Shown here in pieces: positions 33,916 to 43,871 of a stretch of DNA of 64,000 nt (within the stretch, counting starts at the first letter, position 1; every line of letters begins with the position of its first letter). The notes beneath the pieces were generated by a model that saw nothing but the letters and a program-made list of their open reading frames with translations, had not been told where the DNA came from and searched no databases. The stretch lies in assembly GCA_022824615.1 (NCBI GenBank), contig JAJDZM010000072.1, positions 18,343 through 82,342 of the forward strand, read 5' to 3'. The stretch comes from Candidatus Binatia bacterium (GTDB taxonomy: Bacteria > Desulfobacterota > Binatia > Bin18). Both the position numbers and the translations under genes were made by a program.

Positions 33916-35697
33916 TCAGCCTTCGTCCTGACTTTCGGGGCTGGACTCCCCTGTGAGTGCGCCGAGCGCGGCGGCCCGTGATTCATACACGGCAATCATC
34001 TTATCAAAGCCGCTGATCGTGATAACCTCGTGGACAGGGCCAGAGAGCGTATCCACGCTTTCGTCCTCTTCGTTCAGATACGCGAGACGATCCTCCAGGT
34101 TCTCCTCGTCCTCCAGCGCCGAGACAAATTCCATCTCCACCGCCCCGCCAGCGGGACGCGCAGCTATGATCAGGCGCGGTGTCTTGTCCGTCCCACTGTC
34201 CGCGGGATATTCGTTGTCCGGCTGTAACAGGCTCGACAGCGTCTCCTCGCCCGCCGAACGCAGCCGCTGGGTCGCTGCCTCGCTCCAGCCCATATCGGCG
34301 GCGACTTCCTGTATGAATGCGTCAATTCGGGGCAGGTTGGAAAAGTCCAGTCGAGTCTCCAGCCGCTTGGGACGTGCGCTGGTGACATTCAGGAAGACGT
34401 TGAGCGCAATCGCCGTTGCCGCGCCCACTGTTATGCCGTTGCCGAGCAGCATTCCCCACGGATGTCCCAGCACGTCCTCAATAATATTCTGCTGCAGCAA
34501 CCCAGCGCCAATCGCAAACGACACTCCCACCACCAGGGACTTTTGAGCGTCGAGTCCGTCCCGCGTGATAGTCTGTACTCCCTCGACAAAGAATATCCCG
34601 AGAGCAGCCAGTAGGAATGCGCCCATCACCGGGCTGGGTATCGTGAGCAGCGCGCCGGTAAACTTTGGAATCAATGCCAGTACCAGAAGTATGACTGCTA
34701 TGGCGTATCCCACATTGCGCGCGGCGACCCCCGTCATGTTCACGACCGATGCCGTAAATGACGAATACGGCGATGCAGGGGGCGTTCCCGCAAGACCCGA
34801 GAGAAAAATGCCCACCCCATTTGCGTAGAGCGAGCCTTGTAGCAGCCGGAAATCGGTCGTCCTCGGTCTACGCCGCGACACCCGTTGAATCACCACATTG
34901 TCTCCAATGCCCTTGATTGCCTGCACCAGGGTGACAATCAGGAACATCGGCAGCAGTGCCCAGAACCCGGCACTCGGTGTCAGGTCCAACCCGGAAAAAG
35001 GGGCTTGGGGAATGCCAACCCACGGTGCTGTGTACAATCGCTCCAGGTCATACACCCCCAGCAGGGCAGCGGCCATGCAGCCGGACACGAATCCGATCAA
35101 CATGGACCACGGACGCCAGCGCGGCGGCGCGCGCAGTATCAGCGCCGTGAATACCATCAGCGTGACCGCAGCCACGCACGGCCCGGCGAATGCCGGCGCG
35201 CCCTCCGGTACTTCCCTGAACCGCTCCAAACAGATAGGCAGCACCATCACGGCTATCAGCATCAGCACCGTGCCTGACACGGTCGGCGTTATCACGCGCC
35301 GCAGTTGCGGAAGCCAGGTCGCTATCGCAAAGAAAAAGAGCGCAGACGCAACCATCAGGCTTGCCAGCATCGCTGGCCCGCCCTCATTCAGGGCGAGCAC
35401 CGACAATGCGATATAGTTGGGCGTCACGCCCACGACGACCAGATGCCCCGCGCCCAATCGACCTAGCCTGGAGGCTTGCAACGCGGTGACTATCCCGACG
35501 ATGATCAGCGCCGAGAATACCGCCCAGGTGAGGTATGCTTCGTCCTGGCCGGCCGCCAGAACATTGATGACCACGATCGAAATGGCGGGCGGCAGCACCA
35601 GCATGATGCCCTGTATGCCGACGACGAAGGACGAGAGTGGCGCGCACGGCTCGTCCGGTTCGTAGCGAATGTGGTCGTTGACAGGGGTTGACGCCAA
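33916..35697 (-). CDS. NCS2 (xanthine/uracil/vitamin C permease-type) transporter with an extra ~140-aa cytoplasmic C-terminal domain
   Basis: Polytopic. NCS2-like motif TIPSPVMGAFLLAALGIFFVEGVQ. Tail: LPRIDAFIQEVAADMGWSEAATQRLRSAGEETLSSLL...PRLIIAARPAGGAVEMEFVSALEDEENLED. A paralog lies at 41065-42888. Confidence 0.7.
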   Translation of the reverse strand: MASTPVNDHIRYEPDEPCAPLSSFVVGIQGIMLVLPPAISIVVINVLAAGQDEAYLTWAVFSALIIVGIVTALQASRLGRLGAGHLVVVGVTPNYIALSVLALNEGGPAMLASLMVASALFFFAIATWLPQLRRVITPTVSGTVLMLIAVMVLPICLERFREVPEGAPAFAGPCVAAVTLMVFTALILRAPPRWRPWSMLIGFVSGCMAAALLGVYDLERLYTAPWVGIPQAPFSGLDLTPSAGFWALLPMFLIVTLVQAIKGIGDNVVIQRVSRRRPRTTDFRLLQGSLYANGVGIFLSGLAGTPPASPYSSFTASVVNMTGVAARNVGYAIAVILLVLALIPKFTGALLTIPSPVMGAFLLAALGIFFVEGVQTITRDGLDAQKSLVVGVSFAIGAGLLQQNIIEDVLGHPWGMLLGNGITVGAATAIALNVFLNVTSARPKRLETRLDFSNLPRIDAFIQEVAADMGWSEAATQRLRSAGEETLSSLLQPDNEYPADSGTDKTPRLIIAARPAGGAVEMEFVSALEDEENLEDRLAYLNEEDESVDTLSGPVHEVITISGFDKMIAVYESRAAALGALTGESSPESQDEG

Positions 35698-35878
35698 GCT
35701 GAACCTCCCAATCAGGTTTTGTCGCTATTGCTGCTTTCTGTCGCGGTGAGTGGCGTCAAGAGTAACTGATGTTCCGAGGTTGCGTCAAATGAGCACGCCG
35801 CCAACCCTTCCCTCAAAATTCCCGGCCACCGGTGCGAAAAGCTAGGCAATCCTCTCGTCGTATGTTTAATTACGCTTC

Positions 35879-37225
35879 ATGGTTTCGCGCCTGTCCTGCT
35901 GGCTCCTTGCGGCCCTCATCCTGACTCTCGGGCCTCCGCCTTCTGCCGTTGCTGAAGAGACAAACAGCTCCCGGAAGCGCACCTGGAAAACGGTCGCAGA
36001 GCTCTCACCGCAGGAACGGCAGAAGCTGGACCTTGCGACTGATACCCCTCGCCATCCCCAGGTGCCGTATCTGCCGGCTGAACCCTATCCTTTTACGCCA
36101 CCCTATACGGCTGAGGAGATGGGCTATCGGCTCATGGAGTTTACCTTCTATCCGCGTTGGTCAGCCGTGTTTGCCAGGGCGTTCTCGTCGATTTCCACCC
36201 AGGGTGTGCTTCTCAACCCGGGCAGTACAACCAATTTTTTGGCCTATCACTCAAGCGCGACAGGTGTGGGCGCAGAACTCGCCCTCAAGCCTGGCGAAGA
36301 AATCTACCGGTATCTCAGTCAGCGCACTGCTCCCGCCGCCGCAGAAGGTTCGCAACGACTCTCGATCCGTTATCGCACCGGGAAAGGATTCATCAAGAAA
36401 GAAGAACGGTTCCGGTACTCGCAGGCCAGGCGTCGGGTTCGTCATGACGTGCCCCGCCGCCGGCAGGGCAAGCTACCCAATATGGCGTTCACACCTGACG
36501 ATACGTATGGACGCGACGCCTGGGAGTTTTCTTGGCGGGTGCTGGGTCTGGACACGCTGTATCAAACTGTGCGCTTTCCCAATACGCGGCCTAGCGTCAT
36601 CTTGCGGAATGGGCAGACCGGCCAGTTTCAAGAGCGGCGGACGGCTGAGCTCAAGCTGATGGGAGACAGCTATCGGTACTATACGGCCGAGGGCGGGGTC
36701 CGGTGCTATGTTGTGGAGGCCCAGGCCCGTCCCGAATGGCTGCCCAATTACTACGTACCGCGGCTCTTGTTTTGGCTGGAGGAACATTCTTTTTTCCCGC
36801 TGCGCATCGAAAAATACGGTCCCGACGGGAATCTCGGCTACATCGAGGTCAGACTCGCTGAACTTTTTAATTCGGCCCTGGGGGAGCGGGGGTATGGATC
36901 GTTGTTTACCGTGTATTGGGATATTGCCGATGACCTGATGTCCTATTTTGTGAACGACAGTCACCGGGTAACAGCCTGGAAGCCCCAGGAAGTCGCTCTT
37001 TTCTTTAGCCCGGATTTTATGCGCCGACAGTGGTATCTTGATTCTTCTGTCAAGACTCAGGCCCAGGTGCCCTCTCCCGCCCTCTTTTTTTTACGGCCCG
37101 CTTTAGAGGAAGAGAAATTTCCCGAGGAACGTTCGCTCCAACTCCCTGCTGAGATTATAGCCCGCGTCCAAGCCCAGGAGACAGCCGGACGGCTGGTGTT
37201 TGAGGTGAGCGAGCAAGGGCGTTGA
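35879..37225 (+). CDS. Secreted LolA-like / outer-membrane lipoprotein-sorting-type protein (DUF1329-like)
   Basis: Signal peptide MVSRLSCWLLAALILTLGPPPSAVA. The C-terminal half (YRYYTAEGGVRCYVVEAQARPEWLPNYYVPRLLFWLEEHSFFPLRIEKYGPDGNL) resembles the LolA-like family pattern. The assignment is tentative. Confidence 0.4.
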   Translation: MVSRLSCWLLAALILTLGPPPSAVAEETNSSRKRTWKTVAELSPQERQKLDLATDTPRHPQVPYLPAEPYPFTPPYTAEEMGYRLMEFTFYPRWSAVFARAFSSISTQGVLLNPGSTTNFLAYHSSATGVGAELALKPGEEIYRYLSQRTAPAAAEGSQRLSIRYRTGKGFIKKEERFRYSQARRRVRHDVPRRRQGKLPNMAFTPDDTYGRDAWEFSWRVLGLDTLYQTVRFPNTRPSVILRNGQTGQFQERRTAELKLMGDSYRYYTAEGGVRCYVVEAQARPEWLPNYYVPRLLFWLEEHSFFPLRIEKYGPDGNLGYIEVRLAELFNSALGERGYGSLFTVYWDIADDLMSYFVNDSHRVTAWKPQEVALFFSPDFMRRQWYLDSSVKTQAQVPSPALFFLRPALEEEKFPEERSLQLPAEIIARVQAQETAGRLVFEVSEQGR

Positions 37226-37258
37226 GGCTCTTCGCCAGCCTAAAAGGCAGCCCCAACG

Positions 37259-38632
37259 CTACACAGACGGGCTTTGCCAACCGCCAAGATTCGTCTCCAG
37301 ATAGTGGGCGACGGCCAGGGCGACATCCTCACGCCAAGGACGGGCGACGATCTGAAGTCCAATCGGCAGTCCCTCAGCAGACGTCCCACAGCGCACGACC
37401 GCGCCTGGCCAGCCGGTCAGATTATGGGCGAACGTATAGGTAAAATCCGGGCCGTCGGGGTCGTCATGGCGCGTGGCGGGTGTGGAGCTGACAGGACACA
37501 GCAGCACATCGTAGGGCTCCATAAACGCCAGCATTTCACTCCGGTAGCTATTCCATCTGCTCATTTCCTGGGTAAACTCCGTGAGCGATACTGGCTGAGC
37601 CGTTTGCATCCAATCCAAGGCGGACGACATACGCTCAGTCCCGGCTGCGCGGATAAGCTGACGTATCCAGGCTCCTCCATCCGCAAGATAGAGACTGAAC
37701 CACAGCCGTTCTGCGTCGCTCACACCCTGCGGTCGATCTTCCGTGACCGAAACGCCATGGTCGGCAAGCACGCCGGCCGCGGCTCGAACGGTGCTGACGG
37801 TGTCCGGGCTGGGGGATTTGATCCCGTTGTCCGTGAAGAAGGCGACCCGCAGGTCTCTCACGCTCACGTCTTGGGGGTCTCCCAGCGGAGTTGGCACGAC
37901 CGCGGGGTCATGGCCATCCGGACCGGCAATAATGGATAAGGTCAGGCTCAGGTCTTCGACGTGGCGCGCCATGGGGCCAATCTGGGTAAAGGCATCCAGG
38001 GCACCGACCTCAAAGGCAATGGCATGTCCGGTGCGGGGCACGCGGCCCGAGGTGGGTTTGATACCGGCAATACCGCAGTAGTGGGACGGCATGCGAATGC
38101 TGCCGCCCGTGTCGCTCCCCAGGTCGAGCGCCGAGCCGCCCGCCGCAAGAATCGCTCCGGCTCCCCCACTGCTGCCCGCGGGCGACCGCTCCACATCATA
38201 CGGATTATTTGTCCGGCCATAGACATCGTTGTCCGTAATCCCCGCCAGGGTAAACTCCGGCGTGTTGGTTTTGCCCAGGATGATGGCCCCCGCGGCACGC
38301 AGACGCGTTACTACTGTAGCGTCGTGCTCAGGAGTAAAATCGGCTCGCCCCGCTGTCCCCCAGGTACTGACCATGCCGGTGGTGTCTAAGGAATCCTTGA
38401 GCGTGATGGGAACACCGTGCAATGGGCCGAGGCGCCCTCCTCGCGAGACGGCTTCATCGGCCTCCCGCGCCTGTTGTCGCGCCGCTTCGGCCTGAAGCTG
38501 TACAACGGCGTTGAGCTTAGGATTGACTGTTTCGAGGCGGGCCAGATGCGCATCCACCACGGCCACCGAAGAGACGAGATTTGTCCGAATAAATCGAGCC
38601 AGCGTCGTAGCCGAAAATGAGGTCAATTCCAT
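37259..38632 (-). CDS. Amidase (amidase-signature family)
   Basis: GVPITLKDS...GGSSGG-type motif (SPAGSSGGAGAILAAGGSALDLGSDTGGSIRMPS). Confidence 0.9.
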   Translation of the reverse strand: MELTSFSATTLARFIRTNLVSSVAVVDAHLARLETVNPKLNAVVQLQAEAARQQAREADEAVSRGGRLGPLHGVPITLKDSLDTTGMVSTWGTAGRADFTPEHDATVVTRLRAAGAIILGKTNTPEFTLAGITDNDVYGRTNNPYDVERSPAGSSGGAGAILAAGGSALDLGSDTGGSIRMPSHYCGIAGIKPTSGRVPRTGHAIAFEVGALDAFTQIGPMARHVEDLSLTLSIIAGPDGHDPAVVPTPLGDPQDVSVRDLRVAFFTDNGIKSPSPDTVSTVRAAAGVLADHGVSVTEDRPQGVSDAERLWFSLYLADGGAWIRQLIRAAGTERMSSALDWMQTAQPVSLTEFTQEMSRWNSYRSEMLAFMEPYDVLLCPVSSTPATRHDDPDGPDFTYTFAHNLTGWPGAVVRCGTSAEGLPIGLQIVARPWREDVALAVAHYLETNLGGWQSPSV

Positions 38633-38839
38633 GACTTTCTCCCTCCGTGAGCGTCCGTATACGTGGCGGCGTCTCGTTCGCGCCGCTCAAGAACCATTAT
38701 AGAAATTGAGAAACTCTTTACAGGGGTAATGTACGAGAAGTGATTTCTGGTGTCGATGGTGTTATCAGGTGAGGATAGGCGAGGGGGAGCAGAAGAAGAT
38801 GTATCGGCGTGTGTCGGGTCCTGACAAAGCGAGGAGAAA

Positions 38840-39028
38840 ATGAGCGACCGTGACCGTGAAATTCGAGAGATGCTGGACCGGGCGTGGCGCAAGGAGGAGC
38901 AAAAGCAGCGAGGCTTTCTGACGCTCTCGGAAAACGACATGCGCCTGCTTGAGGATTACTATGCGGCCGGCCTGCCGTATGGCAATACGCCGGAAGGCTT
39001 TAACCAGTGGTTGGAAGAACGCAGCTAG
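38840..39028 (+). CDS. Hypothetical 62-aa protein
   Basis: The ORF is preceded by GAGGAG. No recognisable motif. Confidence 0.3.
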   Translation: MSDRDREIREMLDRAWRKEEQKQRGFLTLSENDMRLLEDYYAAGLPYGNTPEGFNQWLEERS

Positions 39029-39030
39029 GC

Positions 39031-39180
39031 TCAGGACTCATAACCAGAAGAGTACGGTAGTGGCCAGATAGATGGCGCTGAAGAACGGGCACAGCGGTCA
39101 TAGCGAGTGACCCAGCGGCAGTGTTTGAGCCTATTGAAGGCGCGCTCGATCCAGTTGCTGTGCTTGTAGAGCGGGGCGGT
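39031..39180 (-). mobile_element. IS5-family transposase C-terminal remnant (frameshifted)
   Basis: The reverse strand reads ...LYKHSNWIERAFNRLKHCRWVTRYDRCARS, then after a 1-nt shift FSAIYLATTVLFWL*. This is the conserved DDE-transposase tail (Y-K-x-R-N-x-I-E-x-x-F-x-x-L-K...RYDK). No upstream transposase body is present. Confidence 0.6.
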
Positions 39181-39314
39181 CAGAGAGGCGGGACTGCGAG
39201 CAACCTTGTCTGACAATAAGGGGCTATGGTGCAGTCTGCGTGTTTGGAAGGGTTTGACACAAAATATTTCTTCCGAGAAAAAAGAATGGACATTGGGAAG
39301 AAGGAGGGCGGAGG

Positions 39315-40944
39315 ATGTCTGTCCGTGTTGAGTCTCCACAGCAAAAAATACGCGTCATGATCCAGGCTTTTGTGTGTGGTGTACTGTTGTCGAGCGTGAG
39401 TAGTTCTTCGAGTTGGGCCTTCTCGCCAACCGAAGAGGGAAGTGACGGCGAAGCGCTCTACCAGGCACACTGTGCGCGCTGTCACGAAGGACAGGTCAAA
39501 CGCGCGCCGCATCGCGACGTCATGTCACGCCTGCCGGCCGTGATGGTCCTGCATTCCCTGGAACGTGGCAGGATGAAGTTCCTCGGCATGGCCCGGACCA
39601 ATCACGAGCGGCGCGCCTTAGCCGAATGGATCACCGGCAAGCAACTGCCGCCTCCGACCGAAAAGGACGAGACGGTCGCCGGGTTCTGCGCAGACGCGCC
39701 GGGCGAGTTCGTGGTTGAAGCCGGCGCACCGCAGTGGAACGGCTGGGGGGTGGATGTCTTCAACACCCGCTTCCAGTCCGCCGAGGCTGCCGGGATCAGC
39801 GCCGAGCAGGTGCCCCATCTCAAGGTCAAATGGGTGTTTGGGCTACCCATGGATTTTCGGGTCTCCCAGCCGACTGTGGTGGGCGGGCGGGTGTTCATCG
39901 GTTCGCTCCAGGGCCGTATTTATTCGCTCGATGCCAAAACCGGCTGCTTGTACTGGTCGGTCAAAACCGCGACCGGGGTACGCGCCACCCCGGTGATTGA
40001 CAATCTGCCGGCCACCACCCCGCCGCGCTATGTTGTCTATGTGGGGGACGCGGCAGCCAATGTGTATGCGCTGGATGCCCGCACGGGCAAGGAACTCTGG
40101 AAAGCGCAACCGCCTGTATGTGACCACGGGAGATAATTATTCCGACCCAACCTCGCTGACGAGTGATGCGGTGATGGCCTTTGATATGCGGAGCGGCCAA
40201 GTCCTGTGGTCAAAACAGTTCACCGCGGGTGACGCCTGGAATGTCGCCTGCGAGATTGGGGACGACACCAACTGCCCCGAGGCGCGCGGCCCGGACCTGG
40301 ATTTTGCCTCCTCGCCCATCGTGCGGATACTGCCCGACGGTCGGCGGGTGATCCTGGCCGGCCAGAAGTCCGGGGTGATGCACGCCATCGACCCGGACCG
40401 CGATGGTGAGATTCTGTGGCAACACCGCGTCGGCAAGGGCGGCCTGCTCGGCGGGATTCAGTGGGGGTCGGCGGCAGACACCGAACAGGTCTATGTGGCC
40501 CTGTCCGATGTCGTCCGTAAGACGGTAGAGAATGCGGACGGAAGCTGGACCAGGATCCTGGACGGCAGCGTCGGGGGTGGCATGTTTGCCATTGATATCG
40601 AGAGCGGCGAGCGTCAATGGCACGTCCCAGCGGTCGGCTGTGGAGACCGTCCGCAGTGTAGCCCGGCCCAGTCGGCGGCCGTGTCGGCCCTGCCCGGCGT
40701 GGTGTTCTCCGGCTCGGTTGACGGCCATCTGCGCGGCTATGCCACCGACACCGGAGAGGTGGTGTGGGACTACAACGCCGTCCAGGAATATGCAAGTACC
40801 AACGGCGTCAAGACCAAGGGCGGGTCTTTTGACGGCCCGGGGCCGACCATTGCGGACGGTATGCTGTATGTCCACTCCGGCTACGGCTATCGGGGCGGAA
40901 TGTCGGGCAACGCCCTGATCGCGTTTTCGGTCAATGGGGAATAG
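39315..40944 (+). pseudogene. Quinohemoprotein-type PQQ-dependent dehydrogenase (N-terminal cytochrome c plus beta-propeller), frameshifted with a suspected internal deletion
   Basis: Two overlapping ORFs in different frames (39315-40136 and 39997-40944) carry consecutive parts. The first has the heme motif CARCH, then propeller blades up to ...VYALDARTGKELWKAQ. The second resumes at NRLYVTTGDNYSDPTSL.... The segment expected between them in this family (with the CC-x-FRG motif) is not seen. Confidence 0.65.
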
Positions 40945-41064
40945 GCTCCCCTTCACGTTGTCGAGGCGCATCTTGGGCCTGCTCCTCCAACGGATGTATG
41001 GTCTGACTGGTGTCCATGTTGTCAGGGGCTGGGTGGGTGGCTCACGCGTCGGCGAGAGCGCGCC

Positions 41065-42888
41065 GTGCCTCTTGCTACGCTTCGCAGGCTCCTCCCCGGC
41101 TTGACTTCATTCGCACTCTCGCTTATCGGCCTATTTTTGGGGTTGCTTCCCGTGTCTACTCTCCTCTACGAACCTGATGAACACCTGCCGTATGGGCTTG
41201 CCTTTGGCATCAGCGTACAACGGGTGATGGCCATGGCGCCCAGTCTGGTGCTTATCCCGACCATTATCATGCGGGCGGCAGAGCAGGACGAGACCTACCT
41301 GGCCTGGACCATCTTCGCCATGTTGATGGTCAATGCCGCGATGACGGTCTTACAGACCTTCCGCATCGGACGCGTGGGCTCCGGCTATCCGCTCGTTATG
41401 GTGACCAGCAGTGCCTTCATCGGCGTGTGCATCAGTGCGCTCGGTGCGGGCGGGCCGTCCCTGATGGCGACCCTGCTTCTCGTGGCCGCGGGCTTTCAGT
41501 TCGCGCTGGCCACCCGTCTGTCCTTGTTGCGGCGCTTCATCACGCCGATGGTGACCGGGACGCTCCTGGTCCTGATTGCCGTCTCCATCATGCCGGCGAT
41601 CTTTCGGATGCTGACTACCGTGCCGGACGGGACGCCGTGGGCCGCAGCCCCGGCGAGCGCGGCGGCCACCTTTGCCACGGTCGTGGCGCTCCTGTTGTGG
41701 GCCTCAGAGCGGTGGCGGTTGTGGGCGCCACTCATTGGGATAACGGTCGGCTGCGCGGTAGCCGCACCGTTTGGTCTGTACGACCCGGAGCCTATAGGGG
41801 CCGCACCCTGGATTGGTTTTCCCCTGAACGCCTGGCCGGGGGTGGACTTGACGTTCGGTCCTGCCTTCTGGTCTCTCCTGCCCGCCTTCCTGTTCGTCAT
41901 GCTGATCGCCACGACGGGGACCCTCGGCCATGCCGTCTCCACGCAACAGGTCTCGTGGCGCCGGCAACGGGCGACCGATCTCCGTTCGGTTCAAGGCGCG
42001 GTGGCTACCGTCGGCGTGAGCAATCTGCTGTGTGGCCTGGCCGGGACGATACCGACCGGGACCGCCCCGTCGAGCGCCCCGTTTGTGGAACAGTCCGGCG
42101 TGGCGGCGTGCCGGGTCGCGGTGTGCGTGGGCATCCTCTTCGTTGTCTTGGCCTTTCTGCCCAAGGTGATGGCCGTGTTGATCGCCATTCCAAGCCCGGT
42201 GGCGGCCGCCTATCTGGCTATTCTGTTCGGTCCCATTCTGGTCCAGGGTATGCAACTGGCCCTCCAGAGCGGCAACGACGCGCGCAAGACGCTCATCATC
42301 AGCATGGCGGTGTGGGTGGGGATCGGCTTTGAGTCTCAGGCCATCTTCTCCGACTATCTGAGCGGGATGTGGGAGGTCCTGCTGGGGAACGGCATCACCG
42401 CAGGAGGTCTCATGGTGGTGGGGTTGACAGCCTTTATGGAACTGACCGGGGCCCGACGGCGGCGGCTCGAAATCGAGCTAGGGATCGCCGGACTGCCCAA
42501 GCTGACGGCGTTCCTGCGTGAGCTGGCTGCCCGCCTGGGCTGGAGCGAGGAGACGGCCCAGCGACTGTGTTTAATCGGCGAGGAGGCGCTGACGAGTCTG
42601 GTCCAGCAGATGGACGCCAGGGCGGCGGAGCACGCCAAGCCGCGCTTGCGGGTGCTGGCCCGCCAGGACGGGGCGGCCGTGGAGTTGGAGTTCATGGCTG
42701 CGGTGGGCGAGGAAAACCTGGAAGACCACATCGCGCTGCTGGGGGACCAGGTGGAGACGCTCGACGAGCGAGAATTCTCGCTGCGCTTGCTGCGCCACTT
42801 TGCCTCGTCCGTCCGCCACCAACAGTACCACAATATTGATATTGTGACCGTGCGCGTCGACGGCTCGAGATCGAGCCTGGACTCATAA
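41065..42888 (+). CDS. NCS2-type transporter paralog with a degenerate anti-sigma-kinase (GHKL)-like C-terminal domain
   Basis: About 40% identity by eye to 33916-35697. AIPSPVAAAYLAILFGPILVQGMQ. Tail: LPKLTAFLRELAARLGWSEETAQRLCLIGEEALTSLVQQ...PRLRVLARQDGAAVELEFMAAVGEENLED...EFSLRLLRHFASSVRHQQYHNIDIVTVRV. Confidence 0.7.
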   Translation: MPLATLRRLLPGLTSFALSLIGLFLGLLPVSTLLYEPDEHLPYGLAFGISVQRVMAMAPSLVLIPTIIMRAAEQDETYLAWTIFAMLMVNAAMTVLQTFRIGRVGSGYPLVMVTSSAFIGVCISALGAGGPSLMATLLLVAAGFQFALATRLSLLRRFITPMVTGTLLVLIAVSIMPAIFRMLTTVPDGTPWAAAPASAAATFATVVALLLWASERWRLWAPLIGITVGCAVAAPFGLYDPEPIGAAPWIGFPLNAWPGVDLTFGPAFWSLLPAFLFVMLIATTGTLGHAVSTQQVSWRRQRATDLRSVQGAVATVGVSNLLCGLAGTIPTGTAPSSAPFVEQSGVAACRVAVCVGILFVVLAFLPKVMAVLIAIPSPVAAAYLAILFGPILVQGMQLALQSGNDARKTLIISMAVWVGIGFESQAIFSDYLSGMWEVLLGNGITAGGLMVVGLTAFMELTGARRRRLEIELGIAGLPKLTAFLRELAARLGWSEETAQRLCLIGEEALTSLVQQMDARAAEHAKPRLRVLARQDGAAVELEFMAAVGEENLEDHIALLGDQVETLDEREFSLRLLRHFASSVRHQQYHNIDIVTVRVDGSRSSLDS

Positions 42889-43179
42889 ACGGAGGAGACC
42901 TTCCAGTCCTTCAAGCGAGATATGGGGAAGCGGAAAGGCGCGGCTCACACCTCCCCTATAACCCGGAATGAACGTTCTTCAGCCCGCCCGGCCGTTTGCC
43001 TAAAATCGTTCAGCCGTGCTTGGCCGACTTCGACCCCTAAGTCCCGGACTTCCCCAGACCTGCTTTCGGCTGCTCGGACCGCTCCGTCCGAGAACGCCCA
43101 AAGTGTCAACCTTGGGCGTACGAGGAAGGGACGCGGCCAGTTATAGGTCCTGAGCCCAGGCTCCATGTCCAGCCGGTTG

Positions 43180-43208
43180 AAAAAATGGGGGCTCCCGGAG
43201 GAGCCCCC
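43180..43208 (-). terminator. Rho-independent terminator after hsp20
   Basis: The reverse strand reads GGGGGCTCC-tccg-GGAGCCCCC followed by ATTTTTT, 29 nt downstream of the hsp20 stop. Confidence 0.8.
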
Positions 43209-43236
43209 AACGTGCGGAGAGAAAGGAAGGGGGCAA

Positions 43237-43728
43237 TTAGTCTGCGGCTGCCTCTGTCGCGACTTCGGTTTTCACCTCGATTGGAATACGTTTCGGCTTA
43301 ACCTCTTCCGGGAAGGGCACCACGACTTCGAGCGTACCGTTCTTGGCGCTCGCTTCGATCTTCTCCGCGTCTATGCCTTTCGGCAAAACAAATGACCGGG
43401 CAAACGAGCCGTACGAGCGCTCTTGATGAAAGTATCCGCCGTTCTTGTCCTCGTGCTCTGCCTTGCGTTCACCCTTGACCGTCAGGCGATTGCCGTCCAG
43501 CGCAATCTCAACATCCTTGGGCTCCACTCCGGGCAAATCCGCTTTGATATGCAGCCTGTTGTCGTCCACATAACTGTCAATCCTGAAGGACGCCTCCGAG
43601 GGCATTCCAGTGCGGACTGCCGGCCAGCCGCGGGAAGAGAAAAAGCCGTTGACCACAGACTCCAGATCATGTCGCCAGGGCTGCATCGTTCCAAACGGTC
43701 CTCGCCATACACTCAGTTCTCGTCTCAT
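43237..43728 (-). CDS. Hsp20/alpha-crystallin family small heat-shock protein
   Basis: HIKADLPGVEPKDVEIALDGNRLTVKGERK...SYGSFARSFVLPKGIDAEKIEASAKNGTLEVVVP. The ATG at 43728 has AGGAGG 9 nt upstream; the track start is 43767. Confidence 0.9.
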   Translation of the reverse strand: MRRELSVWRGPFGTMQPWRHDLESVVNGFFSSRGWPAVRTGMPSEASFRIDSYVDDNRLHIKADLPGVEPKDVEIALDGNRLTVKGERKAEHEDKNGGYFHQERSYGSFARSFVLPKGIDAEKIEASAKNGTLEVVVPFPEEVKPKRIPIEVKTEVATEAAAD

Positions 43729-43871
43729 TGTCTCTACCTCCTGTGGGTTTGGGTTACTGTCTGACACAAGACAAACGTAAGAACGATCGGTTTTGAGTCA
43801 AGGGGTCATAATAAAAATTTTGACTCGTTAATACAGGGGCACGATCTCCTCCCGGATGCGATGAGGACGAC

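Noticed and set aside
35698-35878. Purine riboswitch upstream of the NCS2 permease (the same question applies to 40945-41064)
   Set aside because: There is no resemblance to the conserved purine-riboswitch core (U-rich junction, paired loops).
43795-43826. CIRCE or HAIR heat-shock operator upstream of hsp20
   Set aside because: GAGTCAA-N18-TTGACTC matches neither CIRCE (TTAGCACTC-N9-GAGTGCTAA) nor HAIR (CTTGAGT-N7-ACTCAAG) in sequence or spacing.
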